From: the human T2T-CHM13v2.0 reference genome, Homo sapiens
Reading direction: 5' to 3' (one strand)
Length of the DNA: 64,000 bases
NCBI RefSeq assembly: GCF_009914755.1
Contig: NC_060927.1
The notes below the pieces were generated by a model. The model saw nothing but the letters and a program-made list of their open reading frames with translations. It was not told the origin of the DNA and searched no databases. The number at the start of each line of letters is the position of its first letter. The first letter of the stretch is position 1. Position numbers and translations under genes: made by a program. Positions 57,631 to 64,000 of this stretch are shown one piece after another.

Positions 57631-58544
57631 CACCGTCTCCTGGAGTTCTTGCCAGGGTGTTATTAATAATTTCTGTAACCCAGAAAATTATCATTTTTTT
57701 CTGGCCCCCTTCAACAATCTGATGTGTTTCCCCCCAGTTGCTGAAGATATCTGCTGGCTAGGTCTTGTAGCTTCTTTAGTGTATAGTCCATTTTTTATCT
57801 CATTAAGACCAGCACTCATCAGGTGGGCTTTGTTGTAACAATGCTAATTATTGATCAAATGCCCAGGAAGGAGGGTAGAGTAGATTCCAAGGAAGACACA
57901 TGCTGGCTGGAGGGAGTCTTCTGCTTCATCTCAAATCCCTGGCAACAAGAGAATTCTGATTCTTATGAAAAAGTGGTGGGCCAATTATACAGGCCCAAAG
58001 GGTTTAGGGAAATCTGAGACTCAAGATTTTCAGGTGCATAAATCTAAATATTCCCATCCAATATATTAAGATTCTTTTCTCACCAGAGAACTCAATGGCA
58101 GAGGAGACCTGCCTCAACTGGGAGTTTAAACTCAGTCATTCAAGCTCTCAGCCAAGTTCTCAATTTTTTTTACCCTACCCCCAAAGGTTAGAACCTCCTT
58201 GTGTGACTCCATATAAGCTCTCTACATAATCTTAGTTTTTCATAATCTGTATTCAGGGCATCAGTTAGGCTTAGCAATAGACGCTCAATTTTTTGTTGTT
58301 TTTTTTCTATTTCACCCATATTCCTCAAATGCCTGATATATGGAACCAACTAGTGGATTCCCTTATACTGCTATACCAACCCGATGTACCACCAGTAAAA
58401 CCTTTGACAACTGGACAGTTGTAGCAGGGCTCTCTGTGCTTCACCTACTACCAGGGATGGTGTCTTCATTGTTGGCAAAGTAGCAGGTAATCTGGCTCCA
58501 AAACTCCATTTGAGCACTTGTTTTCTTAAACCGCTCTTGGTATC

Positions 58545-58900
58545 AACTTTACAGGTTGGGTTTCCTGGAAAACAGATCCTAAGACAGGGTTTAGATGTTT
58601 ACTAAAGTGTATGCTTGAAATCAGTATTTGTAGAAAGCAGAAGTGAGAAGAGGGAGAAATAGGACCAACAACAGTGTTCGCTAAGCCATGAGGAGCTCTG
58701 GAACTGGTACACCTTTAAGACCGTCTGTTGGAACAAGATGGCCAGGCCTTTATCAGTCATCAGATTTGCCCATTTCCCACCCCTGGAGGCAGCATGACAT
58801 TGTGTGAAGTGGCTTGCTGAGGGCATTCCTGATGGGGCTGACAGCTGAAGCCTGTCTGCTGACAGCACTCTCACAGCTGGGGCAATAAGCTCTGCATGTC
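58545..58900 (-). mobile_element. LTR16-like ERVL LTR
   Basis: ggttgggtttcctggaaaacagatcctaagac ... ggggctgacagctgaagcctgtctgctgacagcactc. Confidence 0.7.
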
Positions 58901-59009
58901 TGACATCTTCCTTGAGGAGTCAGGTTCATAGGTAAGTATAACCTACATTTCTGTGACTTCTGTTATCTGGGTAATACCCACAGATCTGGGTGGTGAGTCT
59001 CAGTATCCA

Positions 59010-60440
59010 CTGCAATGTCCCAAACCAAACTTGTAAAATCAACCAACACCCTCCACCCCTAAATATGACCCTTCTTCAGTCTTCTCCATTTCAGGAATCT
59101 ACCCACCAGTTTTAAAATTAGAAACCTAGAAGTCCTTCCTAATCTCTCTTTTTTTTTAACCAGGCATTCACAATATAGACAAGTGTTAAGTCCAGCCATT
59201 TTTTCTTCAACTTATATTTCATATTTCGCCTATTTGTCGCCACAGCCACCCACCACCCCTGTCTAAGCTACAATTATCTCATTTGGAAAACTCCATAGTC
59301 TCCTTGCTCATTGCTCTGTTCTCTCTCTTGCCCTTTTCCAATCTATTTTCCATACCAGTCATTATAAAATTTGTGAAATACAAATTAAATCTCCTCAACC
59401 CCCCTGGCTTCAAACCCTTAAGGGATTCCCACTACATTTCAAATTAAATACAAACACCTTCACGTCTCCTACAAGGTCATCTCCAGTCTCAGCACAGGCC
59501 CTCTCTCTATCACTCATCACTCTTTAGCCATGGTGGAATTCTTTCAGTTCCTGGAAGCTGCTAAGCATTTCCCTGCCATAAATAAAACATTCACCATTTC
59601 TGTCAAACAACTGGCTTTTGCCTGGCAAGTTCTTTATCATCCTTCAGATATCAATGTTAATGTTACCTTCTCAGAGAGCTTCTTCATAAGCTACAGTGAC
59701 CTTCTTTTGTGGCTGGCTAGCATCTCTTTAATATTGTTTTATATTAATAGAAATTCCAATAACATAATAATACTTGCATTGTGAATCCTGCTTCCCCAAA
59801 GTAAATACCAGAACTCAACTTCCCAGCTCCATTGCTCCACTGCAGCTGGAATACAGGTCTGTGATCCATGATCAGCCAGTCAGCTGCACCAGAGTTAGCC
59901 TTCCACTGAGAAGGGGCTAACATGACAACCTAGTCTTACTAGTACTCACTTTTCAGAAAGCAGGTGGCGGAGATGACAAGCTATTCTGGGCAGTAAGGGT
60001 AGAGATTCTGACAGCTCACCCTGAGCATCACTGGTGGGGTGGGGATTTGTGTAAGGTGTAGTTTCAGAGCCAAGGGGTGGTGGCTATGCTGCTTTTACTG
60101 GAGCAGACCCTGGATTATGTGTGGACATTGTTCCTGGTTCCCCAATCTTCTCAGACACCCTGTGAGTCACCTCTTATACGTTGATGAATTAATTTTCTGC
60201 TAGAACAAACCACAGTGGATTCCATTGTTTGGAACTACAACCTAACATTTATAAGCTCCCGTCTAAGGCATATTTAGTCTATTATTCTCTATCATAAAAC
60301 ACTTTTTGTTTCCTTTATTGTATTATCACAACTTATAGTGGATGGGGGGAGATCAGGGAGGGGTGTGTCTGTGTGTGTGGTGTCTGTCTGTCTACCAGAT
60401 TATACTCTCCTTGAGGAAAGGGACTCTGAATTATTCTTTC
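59010..60440 (+). mobile_element. L2a 3' portion, interrupted by an LTR33-like element (~59760-60250)
   Basis: cttctccatttcaggaat..., ttctttcagttcctggaagctgctaagc; LTR end ttttctgctagaacaaaccacagtggattccattgtttggaact. Confidence 0.6.
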
Positions 60441-62594
60441 AGCAATGGATATCAGGCCCCCAGTCCATTGATTCAGTAAAGTTTATGGAACCATTTCTGT
60501 GTGGTAGACACTAACACAGGCACTAATAATACAGCCTCAATAAGATACAATTCCTCCTCTCAAAGTGCTCACATCGTAGTTGGAGGAATAAATCATTAAA
60601 ATCTAATATGGTAAATACATTCATAAAAATTGCAAAGGGTTCTTATAAGCTCACAGAGAAGGAGCACCTAATATAATCTGCAGGGAAAGGGAGGTGAGGC
60701 TTAAAAAAAGTAGAAAAACAGGTGAGTGGAGGAGTAGGAAACATACTAGGAAGAATTCTTGGAAAATGCAATGCCAGCGCTTCAAAGTGTGAGCAGAAGT
60801 CTGATAGGTGAAAGGAAGAGTGATGAGGGATCGTGTTGAAAAAGATGATTCCAGGCAAAGGAGAAAGGTCCCACAGTGATGAGCAGCCTGGTGGAGGGAG
60901 GGGGAGCTTTCACAAGAGGGAAGCAGGAGAGATGGAGCAGGCATGGGGGAGCTGGGAAGGAAGGCAAAGGCCTGGACTCATGCTCCACTGGAGATTCCTA
61001 AAATTATGCCTGCATATGGAAAAGGCTTAGAAGGAAATGTGGGAAAAAAAATCAAGCTAAGAGATTAGTTTGAGGTATTTTATTTTTTATTTCCTTCATA
61101 GCTATTTAAACATCCCTTGTAACATTATTTCATCAATTAACTGAGATTTGTAAAAATCTCCCCTAACTATCTTCACCGCACACAGTGGCCATGCTTGTAT
61201 TGTGTATTTCTCGGCACTGCTATATCATTTATGTAATATTAATTACAAGTACACTTGTTTTTGTTTTATCTTATTTCTCTCTGTAGACTGCATTTCTCAA
61301 ACAGACCCTGTGTGTTCTGTCAGTTCAGATCCCCATGATTTTAAACATCTCGGTAAGCCCGCAGTAGCATTTTATAAGTGGTTATGGAAGGAAAATATAA
61401 GGTCATACTTAGGAAACTTAAATGTAAAAGAAACCTTTCCCTTTTCTATGATTGCTAATGTATAGTATCCACATAAAAGGTTCAAAATATTTCACTGCAA
61501 TCTGTGCTATTTCATGGCCTATCCCTGCAGAGAATATTTTTAAATAAATTATTTAGTTAGATAATAATACACATCAACTTATATTTAGCTTTTGTAAATG
61601 ATGACGCAAGACCCAAAGACTATGATTATCAAATCAAATGAGATTCATAATTCTACCCAGATTCAGACAGATTCATCTTCAGAACCCAGACAAACTACTT
61701 GTCTAAGCAACCTTTTAACGTCTTAATTCCCAAAAAAAAATGTCTTGAAGGTCTTAATTATAGGGCCCCTGCTTCATACTCCTGAGGAAGGAAGGTTTCT
61801 CACAAGACCCTCACCAGTAGCATGCAAACAGAGAGTGAAATGAAAACAGTAAAATGAAAAAATACCGTTGTCTGGTTAAGAAAACAAATAACTTCTTACC
61901 ACCCCCTATTTATTTTTCACTCTAGGGAGACTCTGGATTTAAAATGCTGAAATACAGACTTGTGAACAAGCTTTTATAAATGTATCACCAACAATGCCAT
62001 CTGTAGGATGAATCTTCAGTAACTTCATCTGTCTAACTCCTCTCTATCTCTATCTCTTAGAGCCACATGGGCCTATTCTGCTTTCAGTGGGTTAATTACC
62101 AAGGAAACATTTTTCCTCTGTGGTCTAGACATAGAAATATCCAGATATTGTTTCCCTTGAAAGGCAGCCATCCTGCTGAATGTACTTGATCACCAATTCT
62201 TATGTTTGCCTAAGGCCAAATGGGGCTAAACACAATTTCTAAAGACTGCCCCCTGCCCCCTTTTTAACCAATTCACAGCTTGTTTGTTTTTTATTGAGGA
62301 TGCTGCCAGACAAATGGAGGGAAGGAGAAGAAAACCCCTTAATTTTTAAGGTAGGGAAACTAGAGAACGATGAATTTGCTATTGCCAAGAGGAAGCAATC
62401 CTTGGACCTAATAAATAAGTGTGGAAAAAAAGGTTACTCAATATTATATAACTTCAGAAGTATGAGTACACAATGGAGATTTTAAGAAAAAATACGATTT
62501 TCTTAACTGAAACATGAAGGTGTATGTGAGAGTGTATAATTACAGCTATGCAGAAAGTGAAAGAAAGACAAAAATCTCAACCTTTGAAAAAAAA

Positions 62595-62740
62595 GGCTTA
62601 ATCTTGACCTTGCTATCTATATACCTATGACCTTGGATAAGTCACTTGACTTATTTGAAGCTTCGTTTCTTCTATGTAAACCAAAGGATTTAGATAAGTT
62701 TACATCCAAGGTGTCTCTCCATCTCTAAAATTCTTTGACC
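62595..62740 (+). mobile_element. MIR3/MIRc fragment
   Basis: tatgaccttggataagtcacttgactt...tttcttctatgtaaa...ctctaaaattct. Confidence 0.65.
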
Positions 62741-63105
62741 TCCCATGTTTCTCTGCCAAGAATATTCTACCTGGAAGTAGCTCTATTTCTCTTAAGTTCT
62801 CTCCCCACTTCCTCACACCCTCTATATTCTTAGATAGAAACTATCCTCTTACTTCTGTGGGAGTTACATAATAAGTGGGAAGTGAAGACAGCTGAGCCTG
62901 CTCTGAAAACATGATAAATAGCCCCAGTGTCCTGAATGTGCCTTCCCTGTGGAGGCCAAGGGACTCCATACAGACTCGGGAAGGATTATCTGGTACTCCA
63001 GCCGAGTGCAGACTGGCACAGAGGCCAGGCACATGTAGGCCACATGAGGTTACTCTGAGGCTTCTCCTTTCTGGGAGAACTTGGACTTCCCTTCTTCCAT
63101 CACAG

Positions 63106-63538
63106 GCTCAGATTCCTGAGTCCCGGAGGCCCATGGCGCAGCCACAATGATCAGTGTTGCCAGGAACAGTGGTAAGTAGCAAGAGCAGAACCCTGACTGT
63201 GTCCGGACTCACTCCAACTCTTAATGATTCAGGCAACTCACTTGGCCACCAGCTCTGTTCTCTCCCAACTTTGCTTAAATAGCCAAGTCTGTGATGGCTG
63301 GTGCCCAGTAGTGACATTTCCATTTCAGGCTAGGGAATGTAAAAATAATAATAATAATAATAATAATATAAAAGAGTTAATATGATCAATGTTCTTGAAA
63401 ATTGCTTTTTTTTTCTTTCAGTACCAAAACACCATTAAAGTGACTAGAGGAACTGATCACTTTTAGTCACACTGTGACTCAAGGGACATACTACCTAAAT
63501 GCCCAGCTGACAGGAGGCCAAACTCTGCTCAGCTATTG
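63106..63538 (+). other. Two candidate exons (63106-63171, 63422-63538) of a possible lncRNA
   Basis: Acceptors ttcccttcttccatcacag and gctttttttttctttcag; donors GTG|gtaagt and TTG|gtgagc; 250-nt intron. Confidence 0.35.
63344..63367 (+). repeat. (AAT)n microsatellite
   Basis: Direct reading. Confidence 0.9.
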
Positions 63539-64000
63539 GTGAGCCACGTGGGAATAACAAAGGCCAAATTGGCAAATGATAGGAACATTGCCTCTCACAA
63601 GCCAAATCCTCAACAGAGGAGCTCGGCACCCTTCATGGAGTTACTGAGACTGGGCCTCTCATTTCTTTCTGAAACGCCTGTTCCAACAGTATTAGACACA
63701 CTCTGGAAGCAGCTACACATTTCTGAATGATGAGTTCTGAAGTAAAGACTTGTCAGTGGTATAGTAATGTGGATTTAAAAAATATATTTTATTTTGTGGT
63801 AGAATTGCCTGGCTCTTAAAAAGACACTGCAAAACTTAGTTTGACTGCAGATGAATTTAGCTATCAAGGGTTTCTGTCTTATTCATTGTTAGGAAAACAC
63901 AACCAACCCTCCACTTGTTTTTTCTTCTCACTGCACATTAGATGTCATATGAAAACATATCAAAATAGCAAGTTCAGCCTCAGGGACAGATTTGTAATGC

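Larger units (their letters stand above)
56404..58544 (-). mobile_element. ERVL internal remnant (ERV3-16A3/ERVL-E-like), interrupted by MER21 and AluJ
   Basis: Minus ORF 56407-56619 LAEGKGDLELIV resembles the ERVL pol C-terminus; PBS-side sequence next to LTR16. Confidence 0.55.

Overview
Primate (human-like, catarrhine: AluY, HERV-K LTR5, L1PA3/4) AT-rich non-coding genomic DNA, mostly interspersed repeats. It contains Alu/FLAM/FRAM, MIR and L2 elements and several layers of L1, including a 5'-truncated, ORF-disrupted ~5.5 kb L1PA3/4 nested in an older L1MA. LTR content includes two full THE1 MaLR proviruses, MST/MLT/MER21/LTR16/LTR33-like LTRs and a 5'-truncated HERV-K(HML-2) LTR5. There is also a half MADE1 (Hsmar1 TIR). 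No intact host protein-coding gene, RNA gene or CRISPR array is recognisable; the long ORFs are L1/THE1/Alu-derived. The most notable unexplained structures are: (i) two short segments copied from 2-3 kb upstream into older repeats (88 bp and 41 bp, apparent templated insertions), plus smaller fold-back/palindrome events; (ii) a chain of exon-like units with good splice sites on the minus strand in the unique DNA (1.8-18.2 kb), and a plus-strand pair near 63 kb, which are lncRNA or decayed-gene candidates and unproven; (iii) DUX4-motif-bearing THE1 LTRs with splice donors. Repeat subfamily calls are from recalled consensus sequences and need RepeatMasker/Dfam confirmation. Boundaries of old repeats are approximate.
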